Notes: a model not told the origin generated them from the sequence alone. Shown: positions 23,663 through 36,390, numbered from the stretch's first letter. The stretch is 64,000 nucleotides of DNA from Tubulanus polymorphus (GCF_964204645.1 NC_134029.1:8892850-8956849), one strand, 5' to 3'. Translations and numbers: made by a program.

Positions 23663-26600
23663 CTGCAATTCGTAAAGAAAAAACCATGTAATTATTTTCC
23701 GAGTGGGAAAAAACTGGCAACAATGCGCCAGAGGCCAGTTTAACAACCCCTAACGAACTAATGGGGAGCGTGTGCGTCTCATCCACAATCACTTCAAATC
23801 AACAATTCGAGAACTTATTTTCCAGAAACCGTGTCTGACATTTATACGCGGTTGGCATTTTGCTTGGATCATTAAGGAGAGTGGAGCGCGTGTCGTGTTT
23901 TCGGAAATGTGTATTTACTCAACGAAACGTGAGGGCTGATTGGTAGTAACGAAATTACGATGTTTACACACCTCTTCTTCGTCTTCGGGGTCCAGCAACA
24001 TCAAATGCAGCTCACCGCTGCCGTGTTTAGTGAAATAATGCACTCCAGCGAATTGTATAATTGTGGCTAAAACAAATGCGAAGCACGTCGCTAAATACCA
24101 GTCCAGCGCTGTGGAATAAGACACCTTGGGCAGACTTGTCCGGTTGTCGATTCCAAGAAAAGCCATTGTCAGTACAGTCATCACACCTTTAGAAAAAAAG
24201 ACATTCTTAAATTTGTAAAGTTTACGGTTAGAGGCAATTTACGTCATCTTTTGTTGGCAACGCATTGATATCTATAATTCTAAATTACTAGCAATGCATA
24301 TTTTCGGAAATAAAGCGTTTTCGATATTCACGTGTGTAGAAGTCGAAAACAGAAAGCTTGAACATATTATTAAAAGTGGAACGTCAGTGGCGAGGAAACA
24401 TTCTCTTGGTAGACCACGACCTCTTTTAAGTTAACGTGACATCACTGCACAGAGGTATAGGGGAGTAGTTACTTGGAACTGCAGACTCCTTTACCCCCAG
24501 TTGATCAGACCTACGAGCAATCATCTCAAGTTGAGATGATTTCCCGTAGATCAGACATAACAATGCGTCCTCTGACCACCAAGCACAAGCAGCTACTCAA
24601 TGATGGAAGCAATCATAGTTCACTGTCATTTTCACAGTCAATGATGACACCGGTGAAAAATAGCTCGATAGTTTATCAACAAATCTAAGAGTGACCTGAG
24701 TAAACCACTGAACTGAAGATCAATATGTGTTTAGAGGCCTATTACCTAAGGCAATTCTATCCGCGGTCGCCTCTCGGTTTATCCAAAAAGCCACCCATGA
24801 AAGCACCACCAGTAGACTACACGGGAAGTAGACCTGTATGAGGAAGAATCCCATGTGGCGTTGTAACGTGAACGTTATATGCAGGGACGAGTATGTTGCC
24901 TGGAACGTACCTAGCAAAACACGAAAAGAAAGAATTATCAGTGACTGAAAGTTTTCGAAATTTTGGCAGTTTGTAGATTATTCGCAGTATTTTCTCGCTA
25001 TAACCCGGCTACTAAAAGAATGTTAATCGATTATAATTTTCTGTTTAACATCGTTTCATTAATAGAAACAGTTTCTAAATACTCTGAGCGCAATAGAGAC
25101 CAGTGGAAAGAGTAATGTATATGCATATCTATAGCGTTTTACCAGATTTCAAAGTAAAGGTTTCGTTGCCAGCCGGGTGACCTATGAGATCAAACTGTGA
25201 TAATTTCATGTCCGGGCTGATTTTGATCGATTCTTCCGGACCGAATACCCATCTATAAGAAACGTCTCGAGTACTGTATCCATCTTTAAAAAAAGAAAAG
25301 AAATAATTAATTCCAACATTCACGATCCCCGAGCTAACAAAGCGAGTTAGTCGGTGGTTAATCAGTCCCCAGCTTTTTTCCTATTTCGATCGAAATCGAA
25401 GTAACATTCTCTTGAACAAATCCACGACGAAAGAATACCAAACTGTGGAAGTCAATATTATATCTTTGTAATTGCTCGTTCGATCACGAGGCATGTAATG
25501 TCAAATTGGTGTCGAACGCTTTCCATTGCATATTTCGATTGGAGCATTTTGTTGAAATAAACTGATTTTGGCTGCCAAACTGACTCGTTAATCATGCCAT
25601 CTGATTGACTAGCTGTTTCTCATTCTACATGACACCTTTCGATTCGAACTAAGTGTCATCTGATTCGTTTGGTAAATAACCACAAAACAACAAAAACGTT
25701 AAGAAATTCAAAATCATTGACCGAGTCAAACAGCCTAGAATTAGGAAAATCACAGGCCAAATCACGTGATTCGAATATAACATGTCGACTAGTGTCCAAA
25801 AAATAAATCTTATGTCTTCGATAAACTTACGTACATCAACTGCACTTCAACTTACGCCCGCAGGAACTATCATGTGATATTGTAGTATTATATATTTTCC
25901 AGGTTTTGACAAGAGATATTAGACAATGCCTTTGCCAAATTTTGGCATTTCTCTCGCGTGAAACGTACTCAGACGGTTTCTGGAAATATCTATTTCCACG
26001 GTTTCCGTTTCGTATTCCAGTTTTCACATTCCTCGCGTTTTTATGCAGTGCCTTTTTACCCCTATTTTCATGCATCCGGCCCACGCAGCACCTATATATA
26101 AGTGTGTCATCTGGGAAAATTGCCTAATCACGCTCTCTAGGTTCCCTCTGCGGAATAATGACCGGCTGACGAAGAACGTCTCATTTTCTCTTTTTTATGT
26201 CTAAATGACCGCTAGCATTTGGTATAATCATGATATATCGAGTGTCGGATGCCGCCTGCCAGATATATGTGATTATCTCATAATATACGTACAAAGTATT
26301 TACGGACTGTTATGTATTAAATGGTTTCTCCCCCCGAAGAGCTTTCGCCGTAGATAAAATCACAGCGTTGCCGTCCCCAATCGTGCGATCGACGAACTTG
26401 ATCATTTACCGTAAAGTGCACCGCTCGTTCAAATCATTAGGATTTAATTCGGCTGTGACATGTCGAGAAATCCGTCATAATATCGCCGATGGGTGCAATG
26501 CTCGCATACGTATTCGCAGACGATGATGGCGCATTTTCATAATTAATACCCTTTTATTCCACGTGCAATTCAGAGAACGATGTCGATGACCAGTCGGTGG

Positions 26601-29600
26601 TTGGTTTGTGCTATCGAATCGGTGTCAGGATTTTAGTGTATTTTTTCATGAGCGTCGGTAACAGGCACGGTGCGTAGTCGAAATCGATAGGACATTTTTT
26701 TCAAAACATAACATAAATCCAAAAAATTTATAGTCACAAGGATAAAAATTGGGTTTTCTGCCAAACGGACAAAACCCTAATAAACTATGGAACTGGTGCA
26801 TCGGGTTTTAATCATTGTGATTCTCCTAGTCTCCCCACAAACATATACTTACAACTGCCAATTTGGAAGGGACAATTTTGCATATCCATTGGAAATTTTT
26901 CTAAGTGCATAGGACAGGTAGCTTTGATTGTCAATCTGAAAGCAGATAAAAGTTAATTTCGTATTACTGGACCTGAGTACCGCTGGCTGTATAAAACTGA
27001 ATACAGTTGTTTCCTCCATCATTCGGAACGACGTTTAACATTTTCAAAATTTCCTCTTCAGAACTCGTATATAGAAATCAATTTCAATGGCTCCATTTAT
27101 TAGGCAATAAACCGATTATTATCTGCTAAATCGTCGACGCACACAGAAGCGTCGTTTATCTTGTTGACAATCGAGGAGGATGGCGAAATGATAAAAGATG
27201 TAACAATCTACTAAATGGAGCTCAATATTGCAATTTGCTAAAGAGTTTATCGACGAACTGACGTATTAATACTACGTAAAAGCGACGACACGACGGAAAT
27301 AATGGAGAGAATTCCGTTTTAAAAATGACGATCGACAAAAGTGAACTGACACGAGAAAAGCTGATATCGCTAAGCACTCGGGACGAAGTATCGACCAGGG
27401 AAAAAAGGGTTCTTCAGGAATACCGTGCCTAGGAGGACTAAATGCATGGTACGTCAGAGATGTCCTATTTTATTGAGTACCGTAGTATAGTGTCCCCTTA
27501 TCTGATGGGTGTATCTATATAAGTTGAGATAAGATTGTTAATGTAGCAATTAGTCTTGTCAATCATTTTTGGGAAATAGCACGAATAGTGTTAACGATGG
27601 TCAGTGTTTATGGTTTATGACGGCCCAAAACTGCTGCTAAATTGCTGAAATGCATATGATGAGGATTTTAAGACATCAAACGCCAAAGCGATGAAAAAAG
27701 CCGAATTTTTTCATCAATCCATGTTTTGGCACGGTTGGCCAAAATGAAAATTGATTTAGTCATGGTTTGTCAGCTATTTCAAGATTGTACCTAACGAATA
27801 TTACGCGGTCAGCCCCGTTTGAAATACAATCGTTGGTTATTTGCAAATTCAATTGTAAATCGTATTTGTAAATGCATATGTACACAATCCATGATTATGC
27901 CGCACTGACCTCATTGAGTATAAAATGTCTCCATCTCTGGTGAGTCTAAGAAGTATATTAGGCCCTGTGATCCTGTGTAGGTACGAGCCCTTGCCGTTCA
28001 GTATATATGTATCCGGCTTCCAGATTTTCTCGAGCATTTTCACGTTCAGTTGCAGCTTAGGAAGCGGTCCTTCGAACTTAAGTCTGGTATCCGTCCACAT
28101 TTGACGGAAATAACAATCCATTGAATACATCTGCAAGTAAAAACAAATCGTCGGTCGTAGAAAAAAGGCTTCGATTCAGTGTTAAACGAAGGCCCCTGTA
28201 GTCGATGTTCTAACAATTGCAGTAAGCGTAAATAGTACATTATTCTAGAGAAAATCCCCTATAATGGAATACTCTCCCAGAAACAATTGGATTATTGCAG
28301 CAAAGCGAAACTGCCTTCAGGCGTATTTACATTGAATCATTAAACAATTTTGTAGATTTATTCTATATAGACCTATGCTAATGTATAATGATAAAATGTG
28401 TAAGATGTAAACATTTTCTATTTCCATTCGTCAAATGTGTGCAAGATGTGTGAGTGGTGATGAATGTGGTGCGGATGCTTCAGGGTGATAGGGCTAAGAT
28501 AGACTGTTTAAGTCTCTCCGTGTAGCCCCATGATTTTGTTACATTTTCTTCCGTACCTATTTTGTTATGACGTCCAATAATGTACGATTTCAATGAAAAT
28601 TAGATTTTTAATTTTAAATGAATCCCCTCTGTTTCGTTCTTCATATACTCTTATGATTCCCGATTAGCATTTTAGTCGAACGCCATTCGCACTCAGCGGG
28701 CACTCATTTACCCGTCAATTTTCCGGATGAAAATTCGAATGACTGGAAACCGAACTGCCGCCTTTGAAAAACTGGAGGAACAAATTATCCTTGAACCAAC
28801 ACCATAAAGACGATTTAGGGTTATGACAGGTGCATTAAAGTGTTTGATTTTGATACCCGTGTTTCATTTCCGGTGACAGTTTTTATTCCCAGTTGTCTTA
28901 ACACCGGGGTATGTCATACATTCAGCAACAGTCTTGACACGTAATATATGAAATTGTGACAACGGGATTTCTGACAAGAAAAATCCTCTGGGTGGCATAC
29001 TGTTTCCATGTTTGGTCGTTCACACGGCGGAGTAGTGCTTTTTTGAATAAAAAATGAAGAGGTTTCACGGTAACTCTCGGTTACCGATGTCAACAGGTGC
29101 AGTCATCACTTCAGGCCCGTGGTGATACCCGCGGTGTGGCCAGCAAACCTTTTCGAACGAATCATTCTCACATTATGACATCACTTATAAATTCAAAAGA
29201 ATTACCTTTTAAATTCAAAAGAATGACGTTATTATTCAGAGTTGTCGTTCAAGGAAATTGCCTTGAAACAAACAGGCCTGTGCCGAGTGGGAGTTCGGAT
29301 TTTTTTCGTAAAATGAAAAGGAATCCATTTTTTGAAATGATTTGTTCAGGTGCCGGGGCACTTCATATTTTTAGATGTGCCCTTTTTCAATAGGGAAGTG
29401 GCCCTTTTCACGGAAAAAGTGCCCCCTTTCTCGAAACAGAACTGCCCCTCAAAAAAGCTCGACACGGGCCTGTCAGAGTAATGTAATGTACTGATTCATG
29501 GCCTTCTTACTAGTCTCGGGTGTCTCAACAAGTTGTCTTAACAAGTGACCAGCTCAATATTCTGGCTATATTTCCACTTACCATATTTCGTTCAGAGACT

Positions 29601-32182
29601 GGCCCCATACTTCTGATATTCATTGACACGTTAACAACCGTGGCATTTCCTGAAAAGGGAATTCAAAAGTGACTTTGATCCTAACATCTCTGTTCTGGTG
29701 ATTAAAAGGCCTTAGGTATGTTCTTCCAAAATCAACGTCCGTGAAACAAGTTGAAACAGACATTAGGTATCATATATAGGATGGAACACCGCGAGTGCAT
29801 TTGATACGAATAGAGTTTACAGGTCATTTCTTGAAAAAAAGTAGGGGACTCTACATCTAAGGCAATGAAGACCCACAATCAAGATTAAGTAAGTATTAAT
29901 AGGCTTCTAACAACACACACCCAACCCTATTCAGGGAACTGCAATCAGGATCGAAGTAAAAGTACACTCTGCTGACTATTTAGCAAAACTACTGAAAATG
30001 TATGATTTCTGCTGTATCTCTTTGTTCAATTGCTACTTTCAATATAGTAGATAAGTAGCAAAGCTTCGTCCCTCGTTGCGCGTAGGAAAACGCATCGCCC
30101 TAGGTATTATCACCGTTAACGTAGTCACCGTGAGAAAATACGGGCTGTCATGCTGGAGATCATTTCCGGAATGGATTTATCGTACGGTTCATATTCCCCT
30201 TATTATACCGGCGGTACTTAACAGGCCAAAATACACTCACAAAAATAGCAAATAACAGCGAAAAGAGATGAACGTAGTCTAATGGTGGATGTCTGTACGC
30301 GCAGGGGTATGTTTCACAAACTGCCTTATAAAGTTATGAAACACAATACTAATGGAACTTTATGGAAGCCCGTGGAACTTGTCTCCTAAGGAATGACGCA
30401 TTGTAACTGCAGATTCCGATACATTCTTATTCCCCCGTGGGTGTGTTACAGCCGACATGCCCTACGTATATCTGATGTATATAAGATGTGTAAGCAAATA
30501 AATGCAGCGTAAAATGATCTCCACTTCACGTTAAAATCAGTACTTTGAAAGCGTAGACACAAAATAAGACTCAATTTTGATTCTTGATTTCTATTTTCCT
30601 TTTGTCGGATACCGAGAATTTTTTCATACGTATGATGTTTTTCAATAAACCTGGGCGAAATAATTAAAAAGGGAAAAACTATTCCAAACTTAGCCTGTTT
30701 TTTGTATATTTTTCTTGGCGGCAATGGCGTGACTGAGGATTCAGCGATAATTCGCCAGGATCACTAGTGGCACTTGATTACCGCGCATCAATTTCTTCTA
30801 GATTTCAAATGAAATTCGAATCAATTGTTTTTATTAATAAATCAATTGTCAGCGATTCTATACAATGCACTGATATGAGTGAGAAATGTAACTATTCGAT
30901 GATTCGTTTTTAATTTTCGAATTTGGAAGCGTTCAAGTCAAGTTCAAATTTCATAGAAAATGAACTGGTTTTCACTACGAATGACCCAGTGTTTTGTTGC
31001 GCCATCTGGTGGTGCCAGTATCCCACTATCCTAAAAACTGTTCAAATGAAAATTCACGAAGTTACGAATCGATGTTAGTCCGACGGGTTTTTCTGCCATA
31101 CGTATATCGGTACGTCGAATGTATGACTTTACATCAATCACGAGGTTGGTCCGGTGTCAGTTGGCTCAGAGTATTTTTTACGTCGCACAATATACAAAAT
31201 GGACTCTTGTTATATCAGTGTCACGTATCAGATGTAACCATCGTATTTCGATTTGTTCAAGTTATCCCTAGATTACGCGCAACTGACCGTAAGATATTAG
31301 TCACGTCGGTGATTTACGACCGAGACTTTGATGTTCCGAGGCAAATTCGTTTCGATCCTCTAACGCCGATCTTCCAGCCTGACAGGCCTAATAACCCGGA
31401 TAAAACACACGCGATATGGTATATAGGTACCAAATTGTTAGGCTATAACCGAACGGACCCTTTCTCTTTATGTGCCGCTTTTTAAACGCGTTCATCCTCG
31501 AAGCGATATCGTCTAGTTCTCTGATTAGATTCCATAACTAAGATTTGATGGGGTACCCGTACCGCTACTGTGACAGACGAAGATTCCACTGATGGCAGGC
31601 GAGGATCCGCCACGTTCGCTAGTGGTAATTTCAACTTGTTCTCACTAGTAAATCAATTTCCAGTTAAACTTAACCATACACTAATAATTGGGAAAATCAA
31701 TCGTATATGTGATGACTTGTTTGAGAGCTAGTGGCGCTGAGTTACCATCAAATTCGAGTCAACTGTCTCATAAGTAAATCAAATTTTAGTGGGAGCTTGA
31801 CCATACACTGAGGGAGAAAGCAAATCTTTTATCCATTCGGACTCGTTTGATAGTTGGAAGTCAAGGTTCAAATTGCACTGAATATGAACTGATTTTCACC
31901 AATACGAATGACCCAGTGTTTTGTCGCGCCATCTGGTGAGTGGTGAGTGCCGGTACCTTTGCCACAGAAGTTTAGCCCGTACCCCATTATAGAAGTTAGA
32001 TCAAAGTCAAAACAGGTTTATATTTTTGGCAATGTAACGAATCTATAAATCATTTAAATCACGGTTTCTTACCTCCGAATCCTGGACGTATCCTTTTATC
32101 ATAGTTATCGAGTAAGCGGTTGAGAATATTTGTGATATTCTTAAGACCCGTTTCCGAAAGACCCTGCCGACTACTGACCAAT
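23348..32182 (-). CDS. Grd: Cys-loop GABA-receptor alpha-like subunit, Grd-like; complement join(32073..32182,29582..29649,27910..28130,26853..26935,25143..25283,24746..24910,23972..24186,23348..23662); first exon uncertain
   Basis: All introns are GT-AG and phase-compatible. The 68/221/83-nt exons match the canonical GABA-A gene structure. YDKRIRP, IWKPDTY, Cys-loop [16 protein letters not shown]2 [35 protein letters not shown] and ATIIQFA are Grd-type. Confidence 0.93.
23972..24186 (-). CDS. Grd: Grd-like exon (M2-M3)
   Basis: [30 protein letters not shown]; donor GAG|gtgtgt. Confidence 0.9.
24746..24910 (-). CDS. Grd: Grd-like exon (M1)
   Basis: [26 protein letters not shown]...ATADRIAL; tgctag acceptor, G|gtaata donor. 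Confidence 0.9.
25143..25283 (-). CDS. Grd: Grd-like exon (loop B to loop C)
   Basis: [12 protein letters not shown]...MKLSQFDL. Confidence 0.9.
26853..26935 (-). CDS. Grd: Grd-like exon (Cys-loop, 83 nt)
   Basis: [27 protein letters not shown]; tttcag acceptor, gtaagt donor. Absent from the ORF track. Confidence 0.93.
27910..28130 (-). CDS. Grd: Grd-like exon (221 nt)
   Basis: [19 protein letters not shown]...[12 protein letters not shown]...ILYSMR. Confidence 0.93.
29273..29472. mobile_element. 200-bp MITE (hAT-like CAGG ends, TSD not preserved)
   Basis: caggcctgtgccgag / ctcgacacgggcctg; internal gtgccc(t)n repeats. Confidence 0.65.
29582..29649 (-). CDS. Grd: Grd-like exon (68 nt)
   Basis: [22 protein letters not shown]; tttcag acceptor, gtaagt donor. 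Absent from the ORF track. Confidence 0.92.
30720..31028 (+). mobile_element. Degenerate copy of the CTGTGGCAA-terminus MITE family
   Basis: Shares gaactg.ttttcac..tacgaatgacccagtgttttgt.gcgccatctggtg with 31886-31939. Confidence 0.6.
31568..31967 (+). mobile_element. MITE, CTGTGGCAA-terminus family, with CTCF-like motif
   Basis: ctgtgaca..gattccact.atggcaggcgaggatcc.cc..gttcgctagt ... gcgccatctggtg ... ttgccacag. Confidence 0.72.
32073..32182 (-). CDS. Grd: Grd-like exon 2 (110 nt)
   Basis: [24 protein letters not shown]; tttcag acceptor, G|gtaaga donor. Confidence 0.92.
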
Positions 32183-32269
32183 CTGAAAACATGAACAAAA
32201 GGACTATCATCGATTTGTCTCATTGTTAAAGAATGGAACAATCTAATTTCATCAGAACGAGTACAAAGG

Positions 32270-32530
32270 CGTCCTCCCTTGGCGGGGATTCGAACCTGAT
32301 AGCATCGCTTAACATGTTTATCGCGCGAAAACTTGTGGCACCAATCAGATTGCTCGTTATATAATCGCTACGGCAAATTTCCCGGAAGAATTATATATGG
32401 GAAAACCCGGGCTAAAATGAAACGGGATTGTTGATTGGTTAATAATTACATCATCTGACATCATCATCTAGCGTTTCGTACTAAGACGAATCTCGTTGCC
32501 ATCAGGTTCGAATCCCTGCCGGGTAGGATG
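32270..32530. mobile_element. MITE with B-box-containing TIRs and degenerate 9-bp TSD
   Basis: cgtcctcccttggcggggattcgaacctgatagcatcg / cgttgccatcaggttcgaatccctgccgggtaggatg; flanks gtacaaagg / gtacgaaga; homolog at 60620-60893. Confidence 0.8.
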
Positions 32531-34094
32531 GTACGAAGAATGGGGTAAAAAAGAACAACGATTGGAGATGCGTCTATGATAATGATCGCATCGCCAGTCT
32601 TTTAATCCAATGTTTGATTAATCCAACACTCAGGCACGGATTCAGACGGTAGAACAGGCACGTGTTACCGTCGTGAAAATCAACCACCCTTTTCTGTTTT
32701 TCCATCCCCAAAGTAAAACTGGCACATCGAGTCGTCCCTATCAATTCCAAAGGTAGAATAAGGCACATTTTTTGCAAGATGAGGTAGATAGTTTTCTACA
32801 AAAAGGTACAACATTCTTCAGGACTTCTTCTATATTGCCTTAAAACTACATCTCAATGCAGTAGATTTTCTAGAAAGCATTTTACATCAGGAGTTCATTG
32901 CTTTGAAATTGCACCAAAAAGTGGTGAAGTTTCGAAATTCTAAGTTTCCGTGGATTATCCCTTTTTCATAAGTTGTGCCTACTCTCGACAGTGGTCCCCG
33001 GATCCACCCCTGCCAAGCTTGGGACATATTGATTGTTGAACGTCCCTTTAAAAACCAGTCCAAACGAAAGCCGAGTTTAAACAAAATACGATGAAATGCT
33101 CAAATTCATTGGTGGAAACTTTCATACTACAAAGTTTCAAAGTTTATTTGCTCCATATCTTACAAAAAGACTTGAGCACAGATACTTCTGTAATACGATA
33201 CTCATTATATATATATTACATGTTACGAGGTTGTCTGAGAATGGCTAAACGGTCAGAAATGATTTCGCAGGAGTTTTTTGGAAGTACATTGTATAGCTCA
33301 GGTACAATTACGCTTTTAATAATTACGCATAAATCGATAAAGGAAAAAGAGAAATACAAGAGGAAGTAGTAAGTCCTTGTTAGAACTTTGCGCTAAATGT
33401 ACATCTATACATATGTTTACCAATGAATGGTGATTTGTTATTCTAGTGAAAATAAGAATTGCCTTCGTTTTAGGTGGATAAAAATAGTGCTTATAAAAAT
33501 AATGCTTTTGGTGTTCCCCGTGAAACGTGTACACCAAAACAACCACATCCTTTGAAATATAATAAGTATCGTTCTTCATCATAAAAAGGGAAACGAGATT
33601 GTTTTGATCTCATTGTTTTGATTCTTCTAAGACGTGACGTCGCATTTGTATAGCCCACAACTCAGCGAATTATACACAAATATACGACCAGCTGAAATGG
33701 AGGGTTGTGTGTAGGTCTCATAAGAGTTGCGCACCCTTTCTGCAGAATCTTCAATGATTATTCAAATATTATGCTATCAAAACTCTCGAAACTTGATTCT
33801 AAGAATTTTTTAGCTTGTTCTTCTACACACCTTACTTCGTGGAATTGTCAGGATGTTTGCAGCTCCTTGAGTGTCACAAAATGGTATCTTGGAATTTCTT
33901 TATTTTAGTTCCTCCATTAGGGGGCATTTAGCATCCGATAATGACAATAATAACATTGACAATAATAATGAAACTAATCTTGATAGTAACATAAATAATG
34001 ATTTGAAAAATTTCATTGCGCCTGTTTCGTTCACAAATATGTTCAAAAGCGTTTTTGAGGTTAGTGAAAACTGCATTCCACACGCTTTACAGAA

Positions 34095-34230
34095 AATAAG
34101 CAAGTGTTTCAGACAATGTCTGAATGTGTTCAGATCATCCATTTTCCGAATCTCTGTATCCGAAGCGTTCCACAAAGATGAGCCAATAGACCGGAAGCAA
34201 CGTCCACCAAATATTTTGAGACAGTAGGGT
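34095..34230 (-). mobile_element. 3' remnant of a CR1/L2-type LINE ORF2
   Basis: FGGRCFRSIGSSLWNASDTEIRKMDDLNTFRHCLKHLL fits the C-terminal pattern GxRxFxxxGxxLWNxLPxxIRxxxxLxxFKxxLK. Confidence 0.7.
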
Positions 34231-35104
34231 ACATTCGCTTTTTTTTAGAGGTGCAACGCTGTGCGAGATATAATCTTATTTTTGAGATTTCACCTTGACG
34301 TCAGCGGGGAAGTTATAGCTGAAGTTTATTTTTTGTCCGTGGTGGCACCTTATGAGGAACAACCCTTTTAGTAAAATGTACCTGCCTGTATCTTGGTCAT
34401 ATTGTTTGGTAACTCAACAACCAAAGTTGGTATCTAGATTTATCTATTCTACACAAGCTATTCAGATAATTGGAGGACATGATAACTGCAGTCAATTTGC
34501 AGACTAACGTTGTCGCTGCTTTTGTTGGAAATGTCGGATCCGTTCGACAATTTTCATTTGAATCAGTTATCGGTGTCTTTTAACACTTGAAAAACTGCCA
34601 TTATAAGTTTTGATCGCTGATGCTTCGCCAAAGCTCGTCACTACACTGCAGGCGTTCAATGTAACGGCGAACGCCCGAAACTTTATACTCGAACGCAAAT
34701 TCAACGTTATTCCCTTACAATAAATCGCGTTCGGCGCCTTGAGCGGGTTGTTTTGAAAACGGTTTTTTGTTCTAATGAATATTTCAGTGTTCGGCACCGC
34801 TAGAGTTTATGAGATATTTTATGCCGTATTCGGTTACACGGCGCCACAGCGCACCGCTATTGCTGTCTGTATATATGTTGCGAACGACTTCGAACAATAA
34901 TCGAAACAATATCGCATCGCTTTTGCTTGTGTTGGAATCATTTATTCAACCATTCATGTAGATATAAAACAATATGTTGAACAAAAACAACATATATATA
35001 TATATAAGTAAACTATTGAAAATAAAGTTCTACCGGAGAGAACGGGCAATTCGATAATTTCATACGCGGATTTATGAATACAGTCATCCTTACCGGGTGG
35101 ATAC

Positions 35105-35229
35105 CTCGATTCCGCTTTGCGATAATTCATACCATCAAAGATATTCGATTTACGAGACCGTAGTGAGTTTATTTGCTTGATTTGCATGAACAGTAATGAA
35201 AATAAGATATAAATCACCGATAGTTCTAT
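35105..35229 (-). CDS. Candidate signal-peptide exon 1 of the Grd-like gene (ATA start codon)
   Basis: gccagccATAg, then ELSVIYILFSLLFMQIKQINS; AG|gtatcc is a phase-2 donor matching the phase-2 acceptor at 32182. Confidence 0.4.
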
Positions 35230-36252
35230 GGCTGGCGTCTCTTCACTGAATCTAAAGTCAAATAATTTAGTAACCTTGGCGGTATAGTTCGTGCAAACAT
35301 CGTTCGCTTTATAGCGGGGCTGTTAATCTTGAAGAAACGTCATCCAAACGACGACCGACTGTCGCCTCTCGAGCTTCGAAATTGACGAATAATAGCGAAT
35401 GGTCTGGCGTCAAAACCGGTTAACGATTGCATATTCCCTGCCAAAGAAGACCATCTCCTTATCGGGAGTGGGATTTTCGGCGAGGTTTCGGAGTTTTGTT
35501 TATTCTCCGGGTCTACTCGTTTGATCGTCGCGTTCTGCGCGTTATCGGTTATATCGGCGACGGTGTCGGTTAATTCGAGGCCGTCGGACACAGCGCGGGT
35601 GCGCGCCGGTCGAATCAATCTCTAGATACAAAGCGAATAAAAAGTTTTACCGATTTATCATTTCGCTGCCGGCGGCGGCTATTTTGCGTGCGATGGATCA
35701 TTATCGGTATAGAAAAGAATCGCAGGATGCAATCAACGATGGCCATTTGTTTGCCTGATTATCGATTCTTTATTCGGCGATGAATAAAATGCGAATGAAG
35801 ACGAAGTTTTCCCATATCGTGTCAACGGGAAGGATTCTCTTTATTTCCGTTAATTCGCAGTTGATTATTCGGTTAATGACGAAACGCGAAGAAAGACGAT
35901 GACTGTCCTCGGTGAACTTTGCAGCGGCGAAGACGCTCGAGCTGTTTATAAGTATTTCACGTAGAACAAAACCGATATCTCCTTTCGAAGAAAAGAAACA
36001 TCTAGACAAAACAAGTTCGAGATGTTGAGGATGTCTGTTTTACATGCGCGTGATGAGTATTATTCATAGAGCATAGGACATCATCTTGTTGGCCGCGAGG
36101 AGTTGATAAAAAAGGTATCCCCGACTATCAAGCGTTTTTCTATCCGCTAAGCGTTACGACGGCTTGTCGTTGATATTGACTAGGCGTCGCTATTAACCAT
36201 GTCGTCTGCGAATTCATCGTTGCCTTTCACGAGAGAGTGGCGTAAAAAACGG

Positions 36253-36390
36253 TAGAAATCCCACAATGAATGTTTTTGAATAAATGCCCCCGTACTTAGC
36301 CTGATGATGGCTTTTAGTTTATAGCCAAGACGTTGCTCAAAATATATGCACTTATTTGTCTCTTGTCGAATTCTTTGTGGGATTTATATC
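36253..36390 (+). mobile_element. Hairpin element with hammerhead-like loop
   Basis: gaaatcccacaa ... agcCTGATGAtggct..agccAAGACGTTgct ... ttgtgggattt. Confidence 0.65.

Noticed and set aside
32495-32530. tRNA gene suggested by GGTTCGAATCCC
   Set aside because: No A-box or cloverleaf; the motif is mirrored at 32285 as part of a TIR.
33900-34012. Signal-peptide exon of the Grd-like gene
   Set aside because: Runs into TAA with no GT donor after the hydrophobic stretch.
35340-35618. 92-aa minus-strand ORF
   Set aside because: TTG start and no recognisable motif; more likely the GC-rich 5'UTR of the Grd-like gene.
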